Below, one piece after another: positions 40,145 to 54,340 of a stretch of 64,000 nucleotides of DNA. A program made the translations under genes and the position numbers. The DNA is from Chiloscyllium plagiosum. Taxonomy: Eukaryota. The stretch spans positions 91,327,916 through 91,391,915 of the forward strand of contig NC_057718.1 in the NCBI RefSeq assembly GCF_004010195.1, written 5' to 3'. Numbering within the stretch: position 1 is the stretch's first letter; every line of letters starts with the position of its first letter. Below the pieces are notes generated by a model. That model had not been told where the DNA came from. It ran no database searches and was given only the letters and a program-made list of their open reading frames with translations.

Positions 40145-42495
40145 TAATACGCATAGACTGGGACTGCCATAGTGTTAAGGGTTTAGATCGAGAGGAATTT
40201 AAGTGTGTACAAGACAATTTTCTGATTCAGTATGTGGATATACCTACTATAGAAGGTGCGGTTTAGATCGAGAGGAATTTGTTAAGTGTGTACAAGACAA
40301 TTTTCTGATTCAGTATGTGGATATACCTACTATAGAAGGTGCAAAACTTGACCTACTCTTGGGAGATAAGGCAGGACAGGTGTCAGTAAGGAAGCACTTT
40401 GGGGCCAGTGACCATAATTCTATTAGATTTAAAATAATGATGGAAAAGGATAGACCAGATCTAAAAGTTAAAGTTCTAAATTAGAGAAAGGCCAATTTTG
40501 ACAGTATTCGGCAAGAACTTTCGAAAGCTGATAGGGGACAGATATTTGCACGTAAAGGGACGGCTGGAAAATGGGAAGCCTTCAGAAATGAGATAATGAG
40601 AAAGTATATTCCTGTTAGGGTGAAAGGAAAGGCTGATAGATATAGGGAATGCTGGATGACTAAAGAAATTGAGGGTTTGGTTAAGAAAAAGAAGGAAGCA
40701 TATGTAAGATATAGACAGGATAGATCGAGTGAATCCTTAGAAGAGTACAAAGGAAGTAGGAGTATACTTAAGAGGGAAATCAGGAGGGCAAAAAAGGGAC
40801 ATGAGATAGCTTTGACAAATAGAATTAAGGAGAATCCATAGAGTTTTATAAATTCATTAAGGATAAAAAGGTATCTAGGGAGAGAATAGGGCCCCTCAGA
40901 AATCAGAAAGGTGGCCTTTGTGTGGAGCCGCAGAAAATGGGGGAGATAGTAAACGAGTATTTTGCATCAGTATTTACTGTGGAGAAGGATATGGAAGATA
41001 TAGATTGTAGGGAAATAGATGGTGACATCTTGCAAAATGTCCATATTACAGAGGAGGAAGTGCTGGATGTCTTGAAAAGGGTAAAGGTGGATAAATCCCC
41101 AGGATCTGATCAGGTGTACCCGAGAACTCTGTGGGAAGCTAGAGAAGTGATTGCTGGGCCTCTTGCTGAGATATTTGTGTCATTGATAGTCACAGGTGAG
41201 GTGCGGGAAGACTGGAGGTTGGCAAACATGGTGGCGCTTTTTAAGAAGGGTGGTAAGGACAAGCCAGGGAACTAGAGACCAGTGAGCCTGAAGTTGGTGG
41301 TGGGCAAGTTGTTGGAGGGAATCCTGAGGGACAGGATGTTTATGTATTTGGAAAGGCAAGGACTAATTAGGGATAGTCCACATGGCTTTATGTGTAGGAA
41401 ATCATGTCTCATAAACTTGTTTGAGTTTTTTGAGGAAGTAAACAGGATTGATGAGGGCAGAGCGGTAGATGTGACCCATATGGATGTCAGTAAGGCATTC
41501 AACAAGGTTCCCCATGGGAGACTGATTAGCAAGGTTAGATCTCACGGAATAAAGGGAGAACTAACCATTTGGATACAGAACTGGCTCAAAGGTAGAAGAC
41601 TGAGGGTGGTGGTGGAGGGTTGTTTTTCAGACTGGAGGCCAGTGACCAGTGGAGTGCCACAAAGATCGGTGCTGGATCCTCTACTTTTTGTCATTTACAT
41701 AAATGANNNNNNNNNNNNNNNNNNNNNNNNNNNNNNNNNNNNNNNNNNNNNNNNNNNNNNNNNNNNNNNNNNNNNNNNNNNNNNNNNNNNNNNNNNNNNN
41801 NNNNNNNNNNNNNNNNNNNNNNNNNNNNNNNNNNNNNNNNNNNNNNNNNNNNNNNNNNNNNNNNNNNNNNNNNNNNNNNNNNNNNNNNNNNNNNNNNNNN
41901 NNNNNNNNNNNNNNNNNNNNNNNNNNNNNNNNNNNNNNNNNNNNNNNNNNNNNNNNNNNNNNNNNNNNNNNNTGGTCTTCCTATCAGAAAGATGTTGTGA
42001 AACTTGAAAGGGTTCAGAAAAGATTTACAAGGATGTTGCCAGGGTTTGGGATTTGAGCTATAGGGAGAGGTTGAACAGGCTGGGGCTGTTTTCCCTGGAG
42101 TGTCGGAGGCTGAGGGGTGACCTAATAAAGGTTTACAAAATTATGATGGGCATGGATAGGGTAAATAGGCAAAGTCTTTTCCCTGGGGTCAGGGAGTCCA
42201 GAACTAGAGGGCATATAGGTTTAGGATGAGGGGAAAGATATAAAAGAGACCTACGGGGCAACTTTTTCACACAGAGGGTGGTACGTGTATGGAATGAGCT
42301 GCCAGAGGAAGTGGTGGAGGCTGGTAAAATTGCAACATTTAAGAGGCATTTGGATGGGTATACGAATAGGTAGGGTTTGGAGGGATATGGGCTGGGTGCT
42401 GGCAGGTGGGACTAAATTGGGTTGGGATATCTGATCGGCATGGACGGGTTGGACCGAAGGGTCTGTTTCCGTGCTGTACATCTCTATGACTCTAA
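40145..42495 (+). mobile_element. Young CR1/HER1-like LINE ORF2 to 3' tail (gap 41707-41972)
   Basis: Near-identical peptides to the 33279-34985 copy; tail gtgctgtacatctctatgactcta. Confidence 0.96.
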
Positions 42496-43730
42496 TAACT
42501 CAAATATACAGGTTTTTAAAAATTATGTATGTTAAAATAAATCTACTTGATTTTTCAAGTATTCAAACTCCAAACTACATTTTCAATTTTAGCAGTTGTT
42601 ATCTATACATTTCATTTTGAAAACTTAAGAAGCTTGCATTAAATATCCAATATGGTATAAAGTGATAAGTATCTTGCTAACTCAAACTACTATCATTGCA
42701 TAAGAAAATTGGAACGTTGTGTTGCTAGATGTCATGAAGTTTTATGACCAATATTTAAAATTATTGTAAAACAATAATTGTTTATTCCTATGAGCATCTT
42801 TCTGAAGTTTCAGATAAGTAATGTATGAACTACTGAAAGCTTAACTTTTAGCCCTTTTGGCTTTTCACTTACTCCTTCACATTTTGTATTCTGCAGATAA
42901 AATTCATTTTTCCAAAAGAAACTGCTCTCAAAATACATTATCTCCACTTATGTGTTTATTAACATACATCAAAATATGCATCTATTGCTTTGAATGGAGC
43001 ACTTGATGTTGTAGTTTTTTTACATTGTAATTCAGTAAAATATTCCAACTATTTCTTCAACACAAATTAAATAAAAGTACATTTTTTCAAGCCCTGTGCC
43101 TACCTCCAGTTCCAGTATGGAGCATATTCACAGAAGCACCATGACAGCTGTGATCCTGCTGGTAGCACTCAGCAGGGAAGAAGCCACGGAATTGTAAAAC
43201 CAAATCCCTCTATTAAACAAATCCCTGTTTTCAGTTGCAAAAACCAGATTTCTTTTTAAAATTGCCTTTTCTGTAACATTTGTTCTTTGACTATTTTATT
43301 TTTCAAAGGTGAGTTTCTCCTTTTAATTTGTAATTTCTGTGGGTCACATGGCAACTGCAGCCAAGAGGACAGGTGGATAACTTGCTCCAGGCCTCTGCAG
43401 TTTTGGGCTGAGACAGCAGCTGGGAAGTGCTTGAATGTTATCTTGGGACAGCTTTCTCTCCAATTTCTCCTCATTCTTTGGGGAGTTGCCTGGATCTGTT
43501 CAGCTAATATATGCCCCCTACCAAGCATCATGCCTGGCTGTCACATTAATGTTACTTAGAACAGGAACTTATAACCACATCCAACCATGACCATTGCACA
43601 TTTGTTTGAATTACTAATGATACTTATGACAAATTTATTAGTTGTAATTATATTTATTATTGCATTAAATTGTTTTTTTTACCTAAAATGTGAAAATGTG
43701 TGTCTTTTTCTTTTCCTTATTTCAACACAG

Positions 43731-43822
43731 GAGGCATTATACCTGGAAGATACCATTACCTACATGTTTCTAAGCCAGGGATCATATCCTGTGTGGATTC
43801 ACAGAAGTCACGGCCTGAATAT
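43731..43822 (+). CDS. CFAP61: CFAP61 internal coding exon F (92 nt, phase 1 to 0)
   Basis: ttcaacacag| ... tat|gtaagc; (G)GIIPGRYHYLHVSKPGIISCVDSQKSRPEY, matching recalled GGILPGSYHYLHIAKP. Confidence 0.93.
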
Positions 43823-43889
43823 GTAAGCATTAAGTATCACAATGGAAAACCAATTTGTATTAATTCATTGACGGGTGATCTTGAATTTA

Positions 43890-44480
43890 AAATGATTAAT
43901 TAAACTGGCATGTGCTTCTCTTTGTGAAAAAGAATTCCAGACTTCTACTATCCTTTCATGAAGGAGTATTTCCTAACTTAACCCCTGAATGAGCTAGCTC
44001 TGATTTTAAGGTTATGTACCCTTGTCCTAGAGCTCCCTTCCAGTAAAAATATCTTGCTATCTCACCTATTAATTTCTTTCAAATTTCTATAATCCTCAGT
44101 TAAAATATCCTTTAGCCTTTGTTATTCCAGCAAAGATAAAACCAGTTTATGTAACCTGGATTAATGACAATTATGTAATCCTCATAGTCTAACCACTGGA
44201 ATCATGATATCATTCTGGTACATCTATGATGCATTTCTTTCATATATTCCAAGGTCATATATCCTCTTAAGGGCTCTGCACAGCTGTAGTAAAACATTCC
44301 TACCTTTACGCTCTAGCTTCCTAGTTCTAATGGCCAACATTCTACTATCCTTTTTTTGTGCTTAACCTCTACCTGGTGACTATACATCTCTTTTGAATCA
44401 CCACTTTCATATAATTGTTCACTATTTAAGTAAAACTGGTACATAGATCTGTCTGTTTTTGGTCCAAAATGGATAGATTT
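43890..44480 (-). mobile_element. Old CR1 3' fragment
   Basis: gaattccagacttctacta...ttttaaggttatgtacccttgtcctag typical of the CR1 3' reverse complement. Confidence 0.6.
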
Positions 44481-47400
44481 GCATCTTTCTTTTGCTCTTT
44501 TAATGTGGCATCCTCATTGTCCAGATTAATCATTGTCTTCCACACATCTTTGTGATTGGACCACAAAGGAGCAAAGAAAACATGCAAGATCTAAGAAATC
44601 TCAACAAATATGAAGTCTCAATCTGCACTATTGACATTGTTAAGTACCACATCTCTAACCAAATGAGCTAATTAACCATCAATCTCATATATACCTACAT
44701 TTAAATCCATCTACCGCAGTTTTGATTACTCTCCCTACATAATTTTCTTTTACGATCTCTTAGACAATATTATGCTGTAAAACAATAAACATATTTTCTG
44801 ACTCATTCTGAACAATGCCACAGAAAATCCATTAAAATATGATTGATAGATTAAGAAGCATGTTTGAAATTTTGACATTTTAATTTTACGTATTTTTAAT
44901 AGTCAGAGAAGTTACATTTATTTGTTTCCGAAATAATTTAAAAATACTGACATGAAACTATCGCTGTGGTGGAATATAGGCAGTTATAATCAACATTGGA
45001 TAACTGTAATATTTATTTTTGTGTGTTTGTGAAGGCCTTGAACATTAGGCAGGGCTATGGGAAATCTGCAATAATGTATAATTTACTAAAGGTTCAAAAA
45101 GTAAAACTGACATTTGTTTCACATTCCTGGAATCAAAGCAAAGGCTTTTGTTTTACATAGTCATAATATTCCGTAGGTTAGAGAACTCCTACTAAGGTCA
45201 CATCTTCTGTTTTTGGCACTAACTAGCCAACATATTTTATGGCACATTTGTGGTTAAAATTATCCAGTAAGGAAGTCGGCTTAGCCAAAAACAGCATGAA
45301 ATGTCATCCAGAAATTCTAATCACATTTTGTTGAATCTAATGGGTGGATTGCCATTATATTGGGAGGTTTATTAAGAGGACACCTTTGATGCAGAATCAA
45401 ATAATTTCTAACACCGTTCTAACACTATTGTAAGCATTGTTTGCTATCGTATCAATATCTAACATTTTTAATGATGCTAATTGACTTCATCTTGGGAAAC
45501 TGATCTCTAGCAGACATGGGCTTTATCACCTTTAGCACTCTCAAATACTGTTCACATTGTATTTCCATTCCCATAAAGATGACCATCTGCCATTTTGTAA
45601 TAGCCTGTTTCACTTTGTAAATGTTTGATAAATGAATAAATACATAACAATAGATTGTAAATGCATTTCATTTTGTATGTAGAAGTGATCATTGCATTGA
45701 ATCCTATGGCCCAGTGATCTTTATCTATACTTTTCCTCAAAGATTTTTTTTCTGTGACATATATTTAATGCAGTTATTGTCATAAAAAATCTGTGCAAGA
45801 TTATAAGGTCTAACACACAGCAAATATAATGCAAGGCACAATTAATTTATTTTTCTATTATAACTTAAATGTTTTAATAAAATGCAGTATTCTGGTTCAC
45901 TTCCACAAATACTCTTCTTTGCTGTCGAAGAGCTGATTAAAAACATATATATTTTAACAAAACATAATAAGTATACATGTTAAAACACACAATTCAACAA
46001 AACTAAGGCACTATTAACATATAATTCATCAAAATAAGTTATTAGTTGCTTATTATTTTTACGGTTACGAGGCTTTACAAATACAAACACTATGCTAATC
46101 AAAAACATCAGATTTAGTATTAATGTTGGTTTGCCCACTATTAATCCTAAATTACATTTTCTAACAAAACAATCACTCTGTATTAAATAAGAAGAGTAGC
46201 CAGTAATGAGACACTACTAATGAATAAACATTTCAGTGCAAAACTGAAAGCAAATTAAAAGGCACAGACCATGTAGGTAGACATGGAAAGGATGACCAAA
46301 GGAAATGTGAAGACATTAGGAAATAAGTCGATGAAACAATTAGGGTGGCAAAGAGGAACTGCCAAACTTAATTATGAAGCAATACAAAACAGCCAAGTGT
46401 TCTACAGATATAAAAATAATAAAAGAAAGTCCTGAATAGTGATTGGCTAATTGTAGACACAAAAATAGGTAGGTGGCAGAAATATTAAATAATGATGTTG
46501 CCTAAAAATTTACGAGGGAGTCTATGAAGATGACCATGCTATTGGATTGATTTAAAAAAAGGAGTTCAAATTAGAAAGGTAGGAGATAAGGTAAGCAAGC
46601 TTAGGGATTGTAAAACACAAGGGTCTGTGTAAGTTGCATCTGTGTAAGTTTAAAGGAACCAGAGAGGACATAGTAGAGGTATTATTGTGTTTATAAAAAA
46701 GTCACTATAAATAGGAATAATAGCAGAGGATTGGCAGACTGTTGATACTATATGTATTTTTAAAAATTAAGAAAGCACAAGTCTGGGCAAGTATTGGCAT
46801 TGCCGGTAGGAACAATAATACAAGCATTTCATAGCAGTTAAATTGCAGCAATCACCACTGATGTCAAAGATAGCTGCTCAAAAGGTTTAGCAAATTCTGT
46901 GTCATGGATTTTCTGATATCAGTTTGAAACTTGCATCTAGTCAAAGGCATCCTCAAAAAGTAGTAATGTTACTGACCAGAGTAAGCAGCCAGTCACATTG
47001 AAATATTTTTACAGATAGAAACACAGGAAGAATGTGCACTGAAATGTTAATTTTCAATTTAAATTCTAAAGAGAACTCAAAAATTAATCAGGAAATGTAC
47101 ATGGCATTAAAAATGTAATATTTAAAAGAGGTTTTTGTAAAAGTTTATTGCTCAAGATAATACAAAAACAAGGATACTATTCTCAAGGGAATGCAAGAAC
47201 TTGGAATCTTATGTGCACAAATTGTTGAAAGTGGCAAGGCTAGTTGAGAAAGGCAATAAAAAAACTTTATAGGATTATGGGCTTTTGAAGTAAAAACCTT
47301 GGACTGAATTACTTAAAATGTCAGGTTACCTGCCTCTCCGGCTGAACAGTCAAGGGGATCCCACTAATGAGGGCATAAGCCATCCTGCAAATACTTAATA

Positions 47401-47609
47401 GCCAATTGCCCCTTAATGTGCTATTGACCATCAGAGTGACCACCACACAGTTCTTGTGGAGTAAAGTCCCACCTTCACATTGGGAATACCTGATGAAGGG
47501 TTTATGCCTGAAACATTGACTTTCATATACCTCGGATGCTGCCTGACCTGCTGTGTTTTTCCAGTGCCACACCTTTTGACTCTGATCTGCAGTCCTCACT
47601 TTCTCCCAG

Positions 47610-49975
47610 ACTTTGAACAGATCTAGCAACCGAAGACTGGGCATCCATTAGGTGCTGTGGGCCATCAATAGCAGTGGAATTGTATTCCATGTGCAACTTC
47701 ATGGCCCAGCATATCCTGCACTCAATCATTATCAAGCCAGGAGATCAACCCTGGTTCAATGGAGAGAGCAGGAGGACATGCAAGGAGCAGCATTAGGCAT
47801 ACCTGAAAATGAAGTGTCAACCTGGTGAAGCTATCAGACAGGAGTACTTACTTGCTAGGCAACATATACAGCAATTGATAGACAAAGTTGAGCGATCCTA
47901 CAACCAATAGATCAGATCTAAGCTCTGCAGTCCTGCCACATCCAGTCCTGAATGGTGGTGGAAAATTAAACAACTCATGAAGGAGGAGGCTTTACAAGTA
48001 CCCTCACCATCAATGATGGAAGAGCCCAGCACATCAGTGTAAAAGATAAGGCTGAAGCATTCGCAGAAATCTTCAGCCAGAAATATCAAGTGGATGATGC
48101 ATCTCAGCCTCTTCCGGTGGTCCCCAGCTTGACAGATACCAGTCTTCAGCCAATTTAGAATCATAGAGTCATAGAGATGTACAGCACAGAAACAGACCCT
48201 TCACGTGATATCAAGAAACAATTGGAGACACTGGATACTGCAAAGGCTATGGCCCTGACAACATTCCGGCAATAGTACAAAAGACTTGTGCTCCAGAACC
48301 TGCTGCTCCCTTAGCCAAGCTCTTCCAGTACAGTTACAACGCTGGCATCTACCAGACAATAGACAATAGACAGTAGACAATAGGTGCAGGAGTAGGCCAT
48401 TCAGCCCTTCGAGCCTTCACCGCCATTCAATATGATCATGGCTGATCATTCCTAATCAGTATCCTCTTCCTGCCTTATCTGCGTAAACCTTGATTCCACT
48501 ATCTTTGAGAGGTCTATCCAACTCTTTCTTAAATGAATCCAGAGACTGGGCCTCCACTGCCCTCTGGGGCAGAGCATTCCACACAGCCACCACTCTCTGG
48601 GTGAAGAAGTTTCTCCTCATCTCTGTCCTAAATGGTCTACCCCGTACAATGTTAACATTTGCCCATGAATATCCTGTACATAAAAAGCAGGACAAATCCA
48701 ACCCAGCTAATTGACGCCCCATCAGTCTACTCTCGAACATCAGTAAAGTGATGGAAAATATTGTCAACAGTGCCATCAAACAGCTCCTGACATCATTACA
48801 GCCTTGTTTCAAACATGGACCAAAGGTATCAATTCCAGAGTGAGAGTGAGGTGAGAGTGACAGCCCTTGATATCAAGGCTGCAAGTGAGATATCAAGGAG
48901 CCCTGGCAAAACTGGAATCAATTGGTATCTGGGGGCAAACTCTCCCTGTTTGGACTCATATCTGGCACATAGAAAGATAGTTGTGGTTGTTGGAGGCCAG
49001 TCATCTCAGGTCCAGGTTTTCTCTGCAGGATTTCCTCATTGTATTGTTCTCGGCCCAACCAACCTTTGCTGCATCATCAATGACTTTTCCTTCACCATAA
49101 TGTCAGAAGTCGGAATGTTTATCAATGATTGCATAATGGTCAGCACAATTCGTGACTCTTCAGATACTGAAGCAGTCCATGGTTAAAAGCAACAAGATCT
49201 GGACAATATCCAGGCTTGGGCTGTTAAGTGTCAAGTAACCTTTGCTGCCATACAAGTGCCAGGCTATGACCATCACTAATACGAGACAATCTAACCACCA
49301 TCCCTCGATGTTCAATGGCGTTACCATCACTGCCTCCCCCACTGTTAACATCCTAGAGGTTGCCATTGACCAGTAACGCAACTGGACTCACCACATAAAC
49401 ACAGTGGCTACAAGAGCAGGCTACCAATACTGTGGCGAATAACTCACCTCCTGACTCCCCAAAGTCTGTCCATCTGTCCATCAACTATAAGGTACATGTA
49501 GGAAGTGTGATGGAATACTCCCACTTGCCTGGATGGGTGCAGCTCCTACAGCACTCAAGAAGCTTGACACCATCCAGGACAAAGCAGCCCATTTGATTGG
49601 CACGTTATCCACAAACATACACTCTCTCACCACTGATGGTCAGTTGTAGCAGTGTGTACTATCAACAAGATACACTACAGAAATTCACCAAATATCCTCA
49701 GACAGCACCTTCCAAACCCATTTAGAAGGACAAGAGCAGCAGATACATGAGATTACCACCACCTTCAAAGTTTCCTCCAAGCCACTCACCATCCTGACTT
49801 GGAAATGTATTGCTATTTCTTCACTGTTGCTGGGTCAACATCCAGGAATTCCCTCCCAATGCTGGTGGACTGCAGCAGTTCAAGAAGGCAGCTCACCATC
49901 ACCTTCTCAAATGCAACAAGGACAGGCAATGAATGCTGACCAGCTAGCGCCACCCATGTCCCACAAATGAAAAGA
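47610..49975 (+). mobile_element. Non-LTR retrotransposon of a second CR1/L2-superclade family, decayed RT to 3' tail; contains a CR1 3' fragment at 48353-48645 (-)
   Basis: KPGDQPWFN, VTALDIKAA, VLGPT..., RPISLLSNISKVME; tail gcagctcaccatcaccttctcaa...atgtcccacaaatgaaaag. Confidence 0.85.
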
Positions 49976-50969
49976 ATGGATGTGGAATTTCCACCCCTTA
50001 GAGACAGTTAGTACTACCTTAGAGAGCTACTGGCCATTCAGAGGCCTGTCTCACCTGCCATTCAGAGGCCACTCTCACTACTAATTAATACTGACAGCAG
50101 GGGTTAAGACCTTTTAACAGATTACTCTCATGACTGTCATTGCTGTAAAATTGTGTGGACAGGGTAAAGCAGTGACAGGGCAAACACTGGATTGAATATG
50201 CCTCCCACACCTTCAAACCCATTGACATTGAGCATTAAGTCCAGTCCATGACGTTCAAAGGCAAGGAAGTTATGGCAAGTCATTATAATACACTTGTTCA
50301 GCCTCAGCTAGAGTAACACTCCATTCTGGGCAAAACAGCTTAGGAAGGATGTGAATGCATTAGAAAGAGTTGAGAAAACATTCTGAGAATGGTTCTAGGC
50401 TTACAGAACTTTAGAGAGTCAAGGAAGGCAAAGAACTGGCAAACGCAACTAAGTTGTTGATCTTAATCTTAGTGACATTGATGTCTATGAATACCTCATA
50501 CTTATTGTTGCCAGAAATGTAAACTGCATTTACAATGAGTGTCAGTAACTTGCTTTTAGTAAGTGTAGCAATCTCTTCCACAATCAAAGTGCGGGATGAT
50601 GCACTTTGGTACACAGAACGTGAAGAGACAGTGTAAAATACAGGGTACTAATTTAGTCATGAAAGGTGATAGGACAGGTGAAGAGCTGTTTAAAAATAAA
50701 GCATGCAGTAGGTTAGGCTTCATAAATAGTTCGGATTGTTTTCCTTGGAGAGAAGACTAAAATGAAATCTGATGGAAGGTTTCAAAATCATGAGGGTTCT
50801 GGATAGTGTGGATGGAGAAAACCTATTACTAAACTGATCGGGAACCAGAGGCACTGTTTTAAAGCATTTTGCAAAAGAAGCAAATGTGAGATGAGAAAGA
50901 AGCTTTTTTCACATATTTAGGGTCTGGACTGCACTGCCTGAAAATGTGGTGGTGGCAGATTCAATTGAG

Positions 50970-52381
50970 AGATGTCTCTTTGTCGGTTACATTGAACAGT
51001 AACTCTTCAATACATACACCAGTACTGTTCCCCAATTCTTCCGCCATTACATTCATTACTGCATCAGTGCTACATCCTGCACCCAGGCTGAACTGGAGCA
51101 GTTCATCGACTTTACTAACAACTTGCACCCTGCCCCCAAATTCACTTGGTCTATTTCAGACAACACCCTCGCCTTTCTTGACCTCTCTATTTCCATCTCC
51201 GACAACAATTTATGGACCAACATTTACTATAAACTCACAAACTCCCATAGCAACCTGGACCACATTTCCTCCCACCCGATATCCTGCAAAAACTTAATTC
51301 TATTTTCCCAATGTTTCTGTCACATCTGCTTACAAGGAGACATTCCACTCCCTAGCATCGTAGCTGTTCTCCTATTTCGAACAACATTTTTTACCCGCTC
51401 TGTCCTCAGACAGCCCTCCACTGCACCTCCTCCATTCCTCACTCCACTGCTCTAAAACCCCCATTTCGAAACATAAGTATAGGGTTCCCTTTGTCCTCAC
51501 TTTCCACATCACCAACCTTCGCATCCAACGTATCATCTGCCAATTCCAATTAGACCCTACCACCCAGAACATCTTCCCCTCCCCACCCCCCTCTATCTTC
51601 CGCAAGGACCATTCCCTTCGCCACTCCTTGGTTCAAGCCACACTTCCCACCAATCCCTCCAACCTCTCCCTGTACCTTTCCCTGCAACCGAAAAAGATGC
51701 AACACCTGCCAGTATGCCACCTCTCTTAGCTCCATCCAGAGCTCCAAACAGTCCATCCAGGTTCACCGCCATCTCCTCCAATCTAGTCTACTGCATCTGG
51801 TGCTCCCAATGTAGTCTTCTGTACACCGGTGAGACCAAACGTAGACTAGGTGACCATTTCACTGAGCATCTTTGCCAGGTCTGAAAGGGCCAGCCCGACC
51901 TCCTGGTCACTGTCCATTTCAATTCCTCCGAAATGTCCACCCTCGGCCTCCTCCATTGCTTCAGTGAATCAGACCACAAATTGGAGGAACAACACCTCAT
52001 CTTCAGCATGGGTATTCTACAGCCTGGAGGACTCGACATCAAGTTTCCAATTTCAAATAACCTTTCCACTCATGCCCTGATTCTCTTTCCAGCCCCACCT
52101 TCTCCCTTCCATTGCATCTACCAATCTTTCCTTCCAGCTACCAACCAGATTCCTCCCTCTCATCGACCAACCAAGTCATATCTACCACCTGTGTCCACTT
52201 ATCATTACCTCACCATTCTGCTGTTCTCCCCACCCCATCACCACTACCCATCCCCCCCCATCTTTAGCTCCCCCTACCCTCACCTCCAGTCCTGAAGAAG
52301 AGTTATACCTGAAAAGTTGATTTCTCCACCTCCTGATGCTGCCTGGCTTGCTGTGTTCTTCCAGACTCCCATTTGTCCACT
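50970..52381 (+). mobile_element. Penelope-like element (RT C-terminus + GIY-YIG + 3' repeat)
   Basis: HPAPKFTWSISDNTLAFLDLSISI...TNIYYKLT; SNLVYCIWCSQCSLLYTGETKRRLGDHFTEH; TSD gcagattcaattgag at 50955-50969 and 52382-52396. Confidence 0.9.
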
Positions 52382-53496
52382 GCAGATTCAATTGAGGTTT
52401 TCAAAAGGGCTTTGGATGTTGTTTGTATACACATATAATGTACAGGGTTATAGGAAAAAGGCAGGAAATTCCCATTAAGTTAAAATGCTTTGAGAGCCAA
52501 TACAGACACGTTGGACCAAATTGCCTCTTTGTTCGCCTAACTCCTGTGATGCTGTGATATTGGCAAAGCATTATTTATCTGTGAGAAGCATCCTGATACC
52601 AGCAGATTTTAGGCATGCTTCAACTGTTATAAGACTTTAATGAGGAGACTTTAGTCACAGAGGCCCAAAGGGATGTGTGTGTGTGTGTGTGTCAGCTTTA
52701 CCAACAGAACACATTAATTGAAATTAACCCAACTACCATCCACCCACTGTAAACGTGTTGCTATCCATTTTTCTTCCTTGTTGTGGAATTGTGATTTAGT
52801 CAAAACAAATCTTGTTCTCGCTCGTATGGGAGTTCCAGGCTTTGCCTCATGGTCAAAATTTGCCCAAACTCCCCCCACAATCCTTCATGTATCCTTTTGT
52901 CTAACTGTCCCTGTGAACCACATCAGATTTGTCCAACCACCTGTTTTGCTTGACTTGAGTATTATTAATAAAAACACGTTCTGTCAAAACTTTTCATCTT
53001 GCTCTCATCAGGACAGTTCATATGAATACCAACTAAAGGGGAAAATTAACATTTGTACTGCATGAGAGGAGAGTTCTGATTAGTAGGGAATGCATAATTT
53101 AATGACGAGTGCTAAATTAGGGGAAAGCTAATTAAAATAGTATTAGGCAAGAACTGGAGAAGTTAGATTGGGAGTAGCTATTTGAGGGTAAATGCATATC
53201 TGACATTTGGGAATCTTTTAAAATCCAGTTAATCAAAGTTCATAATCAGCATGCTCCTGTGAAGTTGACAGTTAAGGATGGCAATATTTGGGAACTCTGG
53301 AAGACAGAGATATTGAAAGTTATTCAAAAGGAAAAAGGAAACATATGTAAGGTTAGGAAACTGAAATCAGAAAAGGTCTTGAGGAATATGAAGGAAGCAG
53401 GAAAGAATTTAAACAAAGATTTAGGAGGGCTAAAAGATGTGATGAAATGTCCTTGGCAAGTAGGATTAAGGAGAATCCCAAGGCATTTTATACAAA

Positions 53497-54340
53497 TTCA
53501 AAGTTTGTGTAAAGATTTGTAGCTCGGGTGCCAGTTGTTGTGGTTATGGTTATGTTCACCGAGCTGGGAAGTTGATTTGCAGACGTTTCATCCCATGTCT
53601 AGGTGACATCTTCAGTGCTTTGGAGACTCTGTAGAGGTGTTGTTCTTCTTCCCTTTGTAGGTCGGGAGTACTGCAATGTGTTGTAGTCCTTTTGAACAGG
53701 GTGCTAATGCAGCTTCTCTTGTGTTTATGTTTGGATGGTTGCTGTTGTAATTCGGTGTGTGTGGCTTTCCTGTACACTCGCGGGGATATCCTGCAACTTC
53801 ATCCACAGATGCCTAACAGACAAACAATGCCACAACCTAACTCATTAGCCACGCTGCCTTATATAAAAAATGTCTCAGAACTGACAGTCAGATTTCTCTG
53901 ACCACTGGGATTCATGACAGCCCATAAACCGACACCCACACTCAGACAACACCTCACCAGGGCAAAAGACCTGATACCCATCATGTGCAAGACTAATGTA
54001 ATTTACAAGATTCTTTGTAAAGACTGCATGGAACACCATATAGGGCAAACAAGTAGACAACTAACAATCCACATCCATGAACACAAACTAGCCACTAAAT
54101 GCCACGACCAGCTCTCCCTAATAGCCATGCACACAGATGACAGGGACTGCAAATTCGACTAGGACATCTCAACAATCATAGGACAAGCTAAACAGAGGAC
54201 AGCCAGAGAATTCCTAGATGCATGGCACTCATCCACAGACCCTGTCAATATGCACATTGACCTGGATCCAATATACGGCCACTACAACAAACAACTGGAA
54301 CCAGTATCCGGAAGCAGCAGAAACGGAACCAAATAAACGG
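53497..54340. mobile_element. Penelope-like element (family 3): inverted arm + GIY-YIG
   Basis: + strand TNVIYKILCKDCMEHHIGQTSRQLTIHIHEH; - strand YRKATHT...HKRSCISTLFKR. Confidence 0.88.
53579..53618 (-). ncRNA. Minimal hammerhead ribozyme motif (Penelope family 3)
   Basis: Reverse complement reads gca-CUGAAGA-u-GUC-accuagacaugg-GAU-GAA-ACGU-C-ugc: intact core, palindromic ACGU, GUC cleavage triplet. Confidence 0.7.

Larger units (their letters stand above)
46150..52560 (+). mobile_element. Old CR1 scaffold (about 46150-47299, 50250-50969, 52382-52560) hosting nested insertions
   Basis: Decayed CR1 RT and 3' segments resume on each side of the inserts. Confidence 0.6.
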
